DNA of 19,956 nucleotides from a virus, in the IMG/VR virus record IMGVR_UViG_3300045988_162015. One strand, given 5' to 3'. The position numbers were made by a program, and so were the translations under genes. This document shows, piece after piece, positions 9,992-19,322 of this stretch (its first letter is position 1; every line of letters starts with the position of its first letter). The notes beneath the pieces are model-generated. The model was not told the DNA's origin, ran no database searches, and saw only the letters and a program-made list of their open reading frames with translations.

Positions 9992-11557
9992 TTATTCCAT
10001 AGTTTTCGCAACATCCTATACTGCCTTAATCCAAGCAGGAATGCTATCGTCATTTACATCATTATTAATATTATATGTAAGTGGGTCATTTTCTTTCTTT
10101 TCATTAGTATCGAAATTGACCTTATTGCGAACACAGATAATAGAAAGCTTTGCTTCAATATCATCTAATGAATAAGTATCAATATTAGCAACAACATCTT
10201 TCTTATCATCATCAGATAACATATAGAAACTATTAATCATTTCTTGTTTCTTTTCTCTTTCAGCCTCAGTCTTAAACTGAGTTAAAGAAGCAAGTTCTTG
10301 TTCGAGTTGTGTTTGCTTTTCAACTAATTCATTATATTTAGTTTCAAGCGCGGCGTACTCGTCTTTTAATAAACCATATTCAACTATATCTTCCAAAGAG
10401 TACTTAGCTTTCTTTTTCTTTTTTTTCTCTTCGTCATCCTCAGTTGGTTCTTCTTCTTCATCAGAAGTATCAGTTGGTTTATTTTCGGGAGTGTCCTTCT
10501 TTTCATCATCTTTTGGCTGATCTTTAGAAGGATCTTCCTTATTATTATCATTATTCTCTTTATTGTCTTTATCTTTTTCGTCCTTTTTTTTCTTCGCAAA
10601 TTCTGCGACTTTTTCAGGATCGAATTGAGGATTATCAGAAACAGAATAATCAGTTAATTCAGAAACTTCACCAGGAGTGAAAGTATCATTCTCCATAGAA
10701 AAATCTAAACGAACGAACTTATCATCTTCCTTGACAATAGCAAATAAATTACCATTGTCTTCGCAAACTTCTTCAATCATTGCATTACCTGCTCCGAAGC
10801 CCTTAATGTAAGAATAAAGAGAAGTCCAAATGGAATCACCAATCTCCACACTATATCTTGTGAACACTTTTGTTCCTCCTTTACCTTCTAATAATTCTTT
10901 TAAATCTTTCATCATAGAGAATAATTGCTCATTAAATTTATCACTAAATGAGAAATGCATCGTAGGAGCAGTAATATTAGCTCCTTCAAAACAAGGTTCA
11001 CAATCTTCTCCAAGAATACAAAGTTTCTTAATTATTGCTTCATTTATAATAAAAAATTCGGGCATTCCATTCTTATCTTTCGACCAATACGCATTAATTT
11101 TTTCATCATCTAATTCCATAGATTGATTATTACCTTTTTCAATAATACGTTTACTTTCTGGATAGATATCTGTCCAGATATAGCCTTCAGTCATTAAATA
11201 TTCATGCTCGTTTTTTCCATCATCTAAAAATTTCTAAAACCATACTTTGGCTCCCAAGTCTACAAAACCATAAGGAACAGTAGTATCTTTAATATCAAAT
11301 TTACCATTAGAAATATCAATAATACGATTATGTTCTTCATAATCCCCATTGACTTCATTAAAATAACCAACGATAGGACTACCTGGTAAACTTTGCGCTA
11401 AATCTTTAGCAACTTCTTTTGTTATAACACTTCTATTGCGATTTGGTTTATCACCAACATAACAAACTTTAATCTAACATTTAGAAATTAAAGGATTGAT
11501 TTTAGTGATATTAATAAACTCAACAGGAGTATCTAACTTAACACTTGTATGTCTCAC
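9992..11557 (-). CDS. Prohead protease/scaffolding-like protein of 521 aa. It has a GTG start, a long D/E/K low-complexity coiled-coil C-terminal half, and 3 in-frame TAGs.
   Basis: GTG at 11555-11557 sits 7 nt after AAGGAGG. The frame is continuous into track ORF 10016..11194 through TAG 11474 and 11234, then through TAG 10016 to a TAA TAA double stop at 9992. The N-terminal region is globular. The C-terminal part is KKKKDEKDKDNKENNDNNKEDPSKDQPKDDEKKDTPENKPTDTSDEEEEPTEDDEEKKKKKK plus coiled coil. Confidence 0.5.
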
Positions 11558-11569
11558 TATAAATCCTCC

Positions 11570-13258
11570 TTATTTACCAGCCGCTTGACGATTAGCGATT
11601 GTTTTTTCACTCTTTTCATCATTAGCTTTTTCTGGCCGACCGCTTTCTTTAGTTTCTGTTTTTACAGTAGTGGCATTTCCACTTGTTTTATTTTGAGAAG
11701 TGTTAGAACTATTCTAATCTTTTTTACCCAAAATATCTTCACCATTTAATGTAGAACTCATAAGAGGCGGTATCATAACTTCACTTAAATGTAGAACTTC
11801 ATTTTCAAAATGAGCTGTATTAAGAATAAAACTCTATGACTATCCAAGAGCAATCTAAGGTAACATTTTAGAGAAACCAATCTAAGTTTGCTCTTTATAC
11901 ATCTTAGATAAATCTTTATAATTATACTATGTAGTTTCTAACATATAGAATTTATAATTATATTTTTTCTAAACATTCAGGACTGATAATATTCTATCAA
12001 AAAATATGTTGAATTGCAAAATTAAATTACGCATGGTAGATTCATCATCTAAGATAGACTTTTCCAACGCAATATTGCCATCTGTATTAAATAAATTGCG
12101 CGAAACGCCAAATGCATTATATACGGTTCGTTCAACACGCTCTAATTCATCTGTGGTAGCAGAAGTATTTTTATCAGAAGTATCAATAGCATCTACATCT
12201 GCAAAAGTAGTTAATACATCAACACCTACAGCTCTACGCAACATTTCAACAGCATTATTATGAATATCACGAGCTTCATCAATATCAAAAATCAAATCAC
12301 CATTTTTATCAAGTGGTAATTTCTAAACTAAAATCTTTAATAATTTTTGCATCTACTTGCGGCGGTCTAAATCTTGTGCAGCATCTAAATCCAAAATTGC
12401 TGGAATAGCATTTACAAATAATGGAATATCATTAGTACCATTTAAAGCAAACTTAATAGTGCTTTGTGGATCTAATAAATACCAACTACCAGTATTATCA
12501 CCAGCTACATCAGGTAAAAGTTTACCAGCCTTATAGAGACGATAACCTATTGTAAATTCATCAGGAAATAATTTTAATACTCTATTACGGTAATTAGTAT
12601 CCACAAAAGTATCAAAGTATCTCATATCAAATTCAATAGCAGGTAAATTACCTACTGAATATCTTGAACGACAATACTCAATAGGAAGTTGCTATAAAAT
12701 TAAACCAGTACTTGAGGGAACAATATAGGCATAATAAGCTCCACATTTGATAACTTCAAGAGCCATATCGCCACAAATTTTCTTAATATAAGAATTATCT
12801 AAATAATTTAAAATTCGCCAGAAATCTTTTACTGCTTTTGTTTCATTAATATCTTTAACAGCAGAACCGTCAGTATTATTAGACTAAATAGCAATAGCCC
12901 AATCATAACGATACATATTCGCAAAATAATTACATACTCTTTGATAAATACCGCTTACTCTAAAAAAGAAACGTGATATTCTTCGCAATTCTTGAATATC
13001 ATTACGAATTAAAGCATCCATAACCATGGGCTTTGTATAAATACGTTCACGGCTATACTTTTCATTGCGGCGACCGTAAGTGTCCCATCTGAAAGATCCA
13101 AGATTTAAGACAGCATCGTCTAATGTCTTAACACCAACCTTAATCTTCTTATATTCATTTGGGCCAACTGCAGAATACTCACGTACTCCTCCAGTTATGT
13201 CAAAACCTTTTTTATGTATCTATTCATTTCTGGTTAATTCTTCCTTTTCTAATTCCAT
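11570..13258 (-). CDS. Portal protein candidate of 562 aa with about 11 in-frame TAGs.
   Basis: ATG at 13256-13258 follows AAGGTG. One frame joins track ORFs 12353..12625 and 11969..12295 through TAGs at 13220, 12692, 12353, 12323, 11969, 11927, 11882, 11855, 11840, 11834 and 11714. Stop TAA at 11570-11572 directly abuts the next gene's SD. Size and its position between terminase and scaffold fit a portal. Confidence 0.6.
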
Positions 13259-13275
13259 ACTTCACCTTCTTTCAA

Positions 13276-13632
13276 TTAATATCCAGCTTTTCGCATTATA
13301 TAATCATAAGAAATTAAATTTTCTTCTGTATAAGGAATTTCTATTAAATGTAAATCATGTAAAGCACAGAATCTACGTTTTTGATTATCATTATATTGCT
13401 ATTGATATAATCCACGTTTTCCACCAAATTTATTACTGGCTTCATAATGCTATTTCCCTTGATATTCAATTAAAAAATCAATATTATTATCATCATCAAA
13501 TATAACAAAATCAAAACGTAAAGGACGACCATTATGTGTTTTTAAATCTGGAAATATATATTCCATCTTAAAATTCAGGCCGGCTTCCTCTAAGATTTCT
13601 CTAATCTTAATTTCCGCACGACTGGCATCCAT
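13276..13632 (-). CDS. Small DUF559/Vsr-like (PD-(D/E)XK-type) endonuclease-fold protein of 118 aa with 2 in-frame TAGs.
   Basis: ATG at 13632 follows AAAGGAGA. Track ORF 13450..13632 continues through TAG 13450 and 13399 to TAA 13276. The motif ...FDFVIFDDDNNIDFLIEYQGKQHYE...QKRRFCALHDLHLIEIPY resembles the iEvDGxQH ... R...L...G..vlRf signature. Confidence 0.45.
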
Positions 13633-13720
13633 ATATTAAGTCTCCTTTCTTATCTACAAATAAATTCCTCTTATTATTCTTTTAAAAATTAATTTAAAAG
13701 AATAATAAGAGTTGCCCGGC

Positions 13721-15472
13721 TTAATTCATAAACATCCAATCAGCAGCCCGGAATTTTTTCTTCTTTTTATCTTCTTCTATTTTTTTTATATAATATAATC
13801 CATACTCTAATGCAGAGAATTTATCTTTTTTAATACTTTTATTAGCTTGTTTTAAAATTATATTTAAACCTTCATTTTCTTCACGTAGATTCATAATCTC
13901 TTCGCGTAATGAAGTAGTTAAACTGAATGGTCTTAAATAATCAGATCGCGCTTCTGTGGTCATATTCTAGCCCACTTTAGTAGTTAATAATTTCTATTTA
14001 GCAGTTCGTTCATCAATTAAAAATTTAATCTTACCAGAATTTAATACTGACTAAGTAATACTATGTGCTTCAGTATTAATTGGTGCATTAGCTTTCATTA
14101 AGTATAAAACATCTAATTCTGTACTATTGGTTTTATATTTTTTATATTCTTGAACTGCATCATCCTAAGTTCCACCATAAACACCAAAATCAGGAATTAC
14201 TTCAGAAGTTTCAGGATTAATCTGTGGTTTAACCATAAAATCAACTAAACCAACACCAAGTCCATTAGCATCTATTACAATTCTACGAGCTTTATATTTA
14301 TAATATAATTTTTTAAGTTTAATAGCCTAATCTTCAAAATGGGTATCATTCATAGTATAAATATTAACTAAACTTTTAATCGGTTCACCATGCGGTTGCG
14401 GCGTTACTTTAAATACACAAACAACAGTATCGCATCCTTTACGGCCTACGTCAACACTTAATATATAATAAGATAATTTACTTGAACGACCAGAAGCTTC
14501 ATACTCAGGCTAATTCAGTATTCTATTTCTATTAAATATTTCTGCATTAAAGAAAGCGTCTTCAACTGTACCAGACCAAATTGATTCATATTCACGTTCG
14601 AAAGAAGCTTCATTATAAGTTCCTTCATTTTTTTGGTCAGTAATAAATGTTTTCTGCTGTAATCCAACAGCAACAGGAGTTCGCCAAGTTCCGCCTAATA
14701 CCATACATCTATCAGGCTATGTAATCATACGAACTAATAAACCAATTAATCTATCATAAGGATAAGTATTTTTATAGCCAGCAGTAGTAATATAAATCTA
14801 TGATTTATTTACCGCTTCTTCTTCATGAGTTGTACCATCCTTAGCTCTACGAGGAATAGCCATAACTGGTATAATGACTTCGCGCAAAATCTAATCATCA
14901 ATACCTACACATTCTTCCATTAGACCGCCATGACGACGCTGACCACGAGTACTTTCTCTCGCAGCTAAATTATCAAGGACAGAGCCATTCTTAAATACAT
15001 AACGTACTTTATCTTTACTCTCTTGGCTCTTACCTCGACCCCAATCAATTTCACGTTTAAAGCTCGGTATTAAGTCACAAATTTCATTAACTTTGTCATG
15101 TAGAATACTTGCACCTTGTTCCTTACCTCCAGAAGTAACAAATAAATGAACACCAGGATAAAGAATACATCTAACCATTAATGCCATAACTGATAAAAAT
15201 GATTTAGAATAGGCACGAGGGAAAACTGCATAAACATATTGATAGCGCATTACACATCTTAAAAAAACACGCTAATAGAAGAAAAATTTAAATTCTCCTT
15301 CTTTCTATTCTGTACGTGTTCCTCGCACTAAAAAATCAACAAATAAATCTGGATATTCGCGCCAAAAGGCAGTATATTTACGAATGACTGGCATTACGGC
15401 ATTAATACGTTCTTCAGAAAGACCTATTTTTTTTCGGCTTGTAGATAGGTCAAGTAAATCTTGTAACGCCAT
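13721..15472 (-). CDS. terL: Terminase large subunit of 583 aa with 11 in-frame TAGs.
   Basis: ATG at 15470-15472 overlaps the upstream stop (TAATG). It joins track ORFs 14891..15250, 14510..14704 and 13721..13963. A Walker-A-like AVFPRAYSKS is present, plus an RNaseH-like nuclease region (VDVGRKGCDTVVCV...ARRIVIDANGLGVGLVDF) and FEREYESIW. Stop is TAA at 13721. Confidence 0.75.
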
Positions 15473-16686
15473 TAATCTTCTCTATCAGAGAAAGCATCTA
15501 TATCTAACTCTGTCTCATTATCTAAAAATTCACTAAAGTCTTCAATATCTTTATCTTCTAAAGTTTTTTCAATGTCTTCAATAGACATATCAACATCATC
15601 AACAATTGTGTCTTCGACGTTTTCTTTAGCCTATTCATCTTCTTTAGCGTTTTGTTTTAATGCCTAATCAATCATATTGCCAAGATTAGTTTCTCGTTCA
15701 ATTAAAGTACGAGTATATTTCTACATATCTTTAATTGTAAAATCTACTTTATCATTTGGAGTATCAATATAATATCTTTCGATATAGCCTTGTTTCTCAC
15801 ACATTTCTATTAATTCACCAACAGAATCAATGAAATCGCCAGATTCTTCTTTATTCTAGGCAGCAGTAAATTTGCCCGATTTCATTAAAGAATCATACAT
15901 TTTAATCATCTTTTGGGCGCCGTCTACATCACCTATATCTAATAACTAATTAGATTTTAATGATGTCTTACAGGCAAGTTTTAATGTGTCAATATGGCCT
16001 GCAGACTAAATATCGTAAGACTGCATCATTTCATTAAATAACTGCTCTAAGCGCACCCATTCATCAGGGCTATAGCCTTTTCCCCATTTTAAATAAAGAT
16101 ATCGTTTATCTTCGTCTGTCAGCTCTGCACCTAAGTCAGGAACATCAAAATCTAATTTATCTTTAAAATAATCTTCTGCAGAATTCCCAAAATCTAGGGG
16201 AGGAGGTGCAGGAGGAGGTGGCTCTTTTAATTCTTCTGATGGCAAAGCAAATGAAGCACGTTGAATGGCTGTAGTAATATCTTGAACATCATATCCCTAT
16301 TGCTTCATTGTTTCTTCTATTTTTTTATTTTGTAAGTCTTGCAAGAATTGACTATCTTTCCATCTATAATCTTTCCATTGATTTAATTTCATTGCAGAGA
16401 GATAGCGACCTAATATTGTCATTCCAGTGACTTTCGCTCTATCCTTCGCAAATTTACCCATTAACTAATTCCACTAATCAGGAATGTAAGGAACATCACA
16501 TTCTTGCAATATCCATAGATAAGTATCCGGATTCCAATTATCTACATGCATTGTTATACATTTTTTACATTTTGGTAATTTACCATCGTTAGGATATTTA
16601 TCTAAATTATTAGATGTATAAAACTAAGTTCCATCCATAGTTTTATTACATTTTTCACAGTAATATTGTTTACCTTCGCTGGACAA
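15472..16686 (-). CDS. Zinc-ribbon DNA-binding protein of 404 aa with an acidic C-terminus; terminase small subunit candidate by position. About 10 in-frame TAGs.
   Basis: TTG at 16684-16686 sits 8 nt after AAAGGAGA, just past an in-frame TGA. The protein contains CEKCNKT...DGKLPKCKKC and track ORF 16006..16245. It ends at TAA 15472-15474, overlapping the terL ATG. Confidence 0.45.
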
Positions 16687-16704
16687 TCAATATTTCTCCT
16701 TTCT

Positions 16705-17769
16705 TTAGGATTTCATTTTTTCTTTACGAGAACTATTTCGGCATTTTTTACATATACTATAAAATCCATCTTTACTTGTTTTGTTATAGGAAAAATATTT
16801 ATTGTGAGCTAATTTAATTTGCCCACATCGACTGCATTTTTTATATTTGCCTTTTTCTTGAGTTGTATAATACCACTCTAAATATTTATCAACAGCTTTA
16901 TCGGCAATAAGTTTTGGTATTTTATTGCGGAATAAACTTGATATATATTCTAAACTGTGGGTAATATTAAATTCTTCTTGTAAAATTTTTTGAATCTCTA
17001 TATTTTGTAATCCATCAATTTTACATTCTACAATACGCATTAACATAGGATAATCAGCCAAAGCTTCATCACAAATATTTTCAAAATCATAGATAAGATA
17101 CCAAGTATCATCTTCAAAACGGTCCCAACTATCTTCTTTTAACCGAGAATAATTGCATAAGATGCAAGAGCAAATTTCAGGGTTCATCAATGAGACGCCT
17201 TCTGGAATTGGATATCCATCATCATCAAATATTTTTACATCTTCATCTAATTTAATTTTATATTTGGACCGTGTAAGCTTTACTGGTACTATTGGCTTCC
17301 GATAAGCATTTTTAATAACATATTGGTCTTTACGCATTTCTATTAATGCTTTTTTTATAGTGAAAGCATCTTTACCACTCACTACTTTCATTTTTGCTTC
17401 CCAAGTTGTAATAGCGTCTTTTAATTGTTTTAAGCTCGGAATTTCTTCTAAATCTTTTTTTGTAATTGTAACTTTTGGCTAAAATATCATATTTTTATCA
17501 CTATTAATTAAATTATATATACCATCTTCACCATTCTCTAACTGGGAAACAAGTCCTTCGAAAGAAGTTTCACGTTTATTAACTGTCATTAATCTATTAT
17601 CAGTTAATATTTTCTTTTCTTTTTTTTCTTGTTTCTCCATACATAGAATTAGATAATCTGCAAGAATTTCTAAATACTTTTCATTAGGATTTGGATTTTC
17701 TTCTAAGATTTTTTTTACTAATTCATTTCTTTCTTCAGGAGTTTCAAGAGTATAATCTAATTTTATCAA
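16705..17769 (-). CDS. Zinc-ribbon protein. Track ORFs 17479..17826 and 16705..17391 are in the same frame and separated only by TAG 17479-17481, so they are probably one ~355-aa product; two separate genes remains possible.
   Basis: Likely TTG start at 17767-17769 with GGAGG 8 nt upstream. The C-terminal motif CSRCGQIK...DGFYSICKKC is paralogous to the motif in the downstream gene. Stop is TAA at 16705. Confidence 0.45.
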
Positions 17770-17797
17770 GATTAATACCTCCAATCCTTCTAAAAAA

Positions 17798-17826
17798 ATT
17801 ATAACACAAAAAATTTGTAAAGTCAA
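17798..17826 (-). promoter_or_regulatory. Consensus promoter on the minus strand (TTGACT-17-TGnTATAAT) heading the packaging/structural gene array.
   Basis: The reverse complement reads ttgactttacaaattttttgtgttataat. Confidence 0.55.
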
Positions 17827-17880
17827 CCATGGCCAAAAATTTTTATGACATTTGGTAAAAAAATTATATAAAATGTAAAA

Positions 17881-17909
17881 TTGACAATTATAGAAAATTT
17901 TTGTATAAT
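17881..17909 (+). promoter_or_regulatory. Consensus promoter on the plus strand (TTGACA-17-TATAAT) driving the 17939 gene.
   Basis: ttgacaattatagaaaatttttgtataat. Confidence 0.6.
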
Positions 17910-17938
17910 ATTTATATAAAATTAAAGGAGATAATTTT

Positions 17939-18094
17939 ATGAGAAAACCTCGTGGTATTTTAGGTAGTATGGCTTCTAAAGCTAAACGTAGAGCAACTAA
18001 TAGTGCAACTAGAGCTGTTTATCAGCTTATGTGGGGCGAAAACCCTAAACAGCAAGGAGCCTATAATCCTACCAAAGAGCGTAAGAAAAAGTAA
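17939..18094 (+). CDS. Small basic protein of 51 aa: MRKPRGILGSMASKAKRRATNSATRAVYQLMWGENPKQQGAYNPTKERKKK.
   Basis: ATG sits 9 nt after AAAGGAGAT and a consensus promoter lies upstream. It is below the track's 60-aa cutoff. Stop is TAA. Confidence 0.5.
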   Translation: MRKPRGILGSMASKAKRRATNSATRAVYQLMWGENPKQQGAYNPTKERKKK

Positions 18095-18129
18095 ATATAT
18101 TATATTTAAAAATTGAAGGAAGTGATTTA

Positions 18130-18567
18130 ATGAAGTTTGTCCATGGGCTTCTTTTAGGTAGTGGTGCGGTACTTGGATTAGGATGTGCGGCCAGATTTAT
18201 TTATGGTAAAATTATTGAAGCAAAAATCTATAAAGATTATACTGAAGCCCTTGAAGATTTTATGAATTTTAAAAGCGATAAAAAATATATTGAATATAAT
18301 AAAGGGCTAGAAGAAAAATATATTGGGCCTGGAATAGTTCATGTCATTAAAAATAAAAAAGATTTAATGTCTATTGATGTATCTAAATATGAAGGAGAGG
18401 GTGATCCAATTGGCATTACTCTTGGTTCTAAAATTGTAGATAAAGAAGACCAATATATTATACCTGAAGTAGAAGTTTATAAATTTAAAAATGGATATAC
18501 TAATTATCGATTCCATCAAGAACGAGGAGTAATTGACCCTGATGAAGGTATTATTCCTTTTGATTAA
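18130..18567 (+). CDS. Membrane-anchored or secreted protein of 145 aa with a hydrophobic N-terminus (GLLLGSGAVLGLGCAARFIYG).
   Basis: Track ORF with a GAAGGAAG SD. Stop is TAA. Confidence 0.55.
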   Translation: MKFVHGLLLGSGAVLGLGCAARFIYGKIIEAKIYKDYTEALEDFMNFKSDKKYIEYNKGLEEKYIGPGIVHVIKNKKDLMSIDVSKYEGEGDPIGITLGSKIVDKEDQYIIPEVEVYKFKNGYTNYRFHQERGVIDPDEGIIPFD

Positions 18568-18596
18568 TTGACAAAGCACAAAAAATTTTGTAAAAT
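18568..18596 (+). promoter_or_regulatory. Promoter on the plus strand (TTGACA-17-TAAAAT) for the AbrB-like gene.
   Basis: ttgacaaagcacaaaaaattttgtaaaat. The -35 hexamer abuts the TAA of the upstream gene. Confidence 0.5.
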
Positions 18597-18657
18597 AAGT
18601 TATGAAATCTGTGGGATGGCTCGCACTCTCCCAATTAAAAAGAAAGGAGTGAGTTGA

Positions 18658-18858
18658 ATGCTGAAAACAGCTTATACAAGAAAACTCGATACAGTTGGAC
18701 GTTTAATGATTCCTTCTAAACTTCGTGAAGAATTGCATATGGTAAATGGTCATAATTATGAATTTTATATTGACGAAGTAGATGGTAAGACTTTTTTATG
18801 TATTGAATGTCCTGAAGCTAGTGATGCCGTAGCTCTTGCGAAAGAAACATTGGAATAG
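18658..18858 (+). CDS. AbrB/MazE/SpoVT-fold (swapped-hairpin) DNA-binding protein of 66 aa. The stop is TAG; read-through would add QNGYRVIKE and end at TAA 18886-18888.
   Basis: RKLDTVGRLMIPSKLREEL matches the AbrB-N/MazE signature. An AAAGGAGTGAG SD, a promoter at 18568-18596 and a terminator just downstream are present. Confidence 0.6.
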   Translation: MLKTAYTRKLDTVGRLMIPSKLREELHMVNGHNYEFYIDEVDGKTFLCIECPEASDAVALAKETLE

Positions 18859-18889
18859 AATGGATATCGAGTAATTAAGGAATAAAATT

Positions 18890-18921
18890 AAAGCGGGAAA
18901 TTATTTTCCCGCTATTTTTTT
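18890..18921 (+). terminator. Rho-independent terminator (AGCGGGAAA-ttat-TTTCCCGCT plus T9).
   Basis: aaagcgggaaattattttcccgctattttttttt. Confidence 0.65.
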
Positions 18922-18942
18922 TTATAAATTTATTCCGTATTC

Positions 18943-19008
18943 TGAAATTAAAAATGAGTTTAGAAATTATGATCGTTATTTGAAATTAAAATTGAGTTTA
19001 GAAATTAT
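18943..19008. repeat. Two 28-nt near-identical direct repeats (one mismatch) spaced 38 nt apart.
   Basis: tgaaattaaaaatgagtttagaaattat and tgaaattaaaattgagtttagaaattat. Confidence 0.7.
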
Positions 19009-19072
19009 TTTGCCAGGTAGGAAGATTTATCCATTTTTTCCATTTTTTTTACACGAAACCCTGCCCCCCCCA

Positions 19073-19124
19073 CTTCATTTGACTAAAGTGTTAAAGTCTA
19101 TTGTCTTGCTTTATTCAAATGAAG
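19073..19124. repeat. Perfect 10-bp inverted repeat (cttcatttga / tcaaatgaag) with a 32-nt spacer, sitting just past a C8 homopolymer at 19053-19063.
   Basis: Read directly from the sequence. Confidence 0.6.
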
Positions 19125-19181
19125 CAAGTTAGATACGACTAACCCCCTAAAAAAATAATTCGATTTTTTCAAAATTAGTTC

Positions 19182-19209
19182 TTGACTTTTTAGAAATAGC
19201 CGCTATAAT
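19182..19209 (+). promoter_or_regulatory. Promoter on the plus strand (TTGACT-16-TATAAT) with an upstream A-tract.
   Basis: agttcttgactttttagaaatagccgctataat. Confidence 0.5.
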
Positions 19210-19293
19210 TAGAATCAGAAAGTGACCCACGGGACAACGCAAAGCAAGCCGCAAGGCAAGCGAAAAAAAGTCAAGAAAAAATGAAAAAAGTTC

Positions 19294-19322
19294 TTGACAA
19301 ACGAAATCGCGTGTGGTACAAT
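19294..19322 (+). promoter_or_regulatory. Promoter on the plus strand (TTGACA-17-TGgTACAAT, extended -10) with an A-rich UP-like element.
   Basis: aaaaaagtcaagaaaaaatgaaaaaagttcttgacaaacgaaatcgcgtgtggtacaat. Confidence 0.55.

Noticed and set aside
8627-13505. Other short track ORFs inside or antisense to the large genes: 8627..8809(-), 9246..9437(+), 9328..9531(-), 10384..10599(-), 10830..11126(+), 11549..11749(+), 12006..12263(+), 13080..13505(+), and 18364..18579(-).
   Set aside because: They overlap higher-confidence genes in other frames or strands and lack ribosome-binding sites.
15485-15487. TGA also being recoded.
   Set aside because: The only in-frame TGA I met lies between genes, upstream of the terL ATG and just before the TTG start at 16686. 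It behaves as an ordinary stop. No gene needed TGA read-through to reach a sensible length.
18943-19008. A CRISPR array.
   Set aside because: There are only two repeat copies, the spacer is 10 nt, and no further repeats or leader were found.
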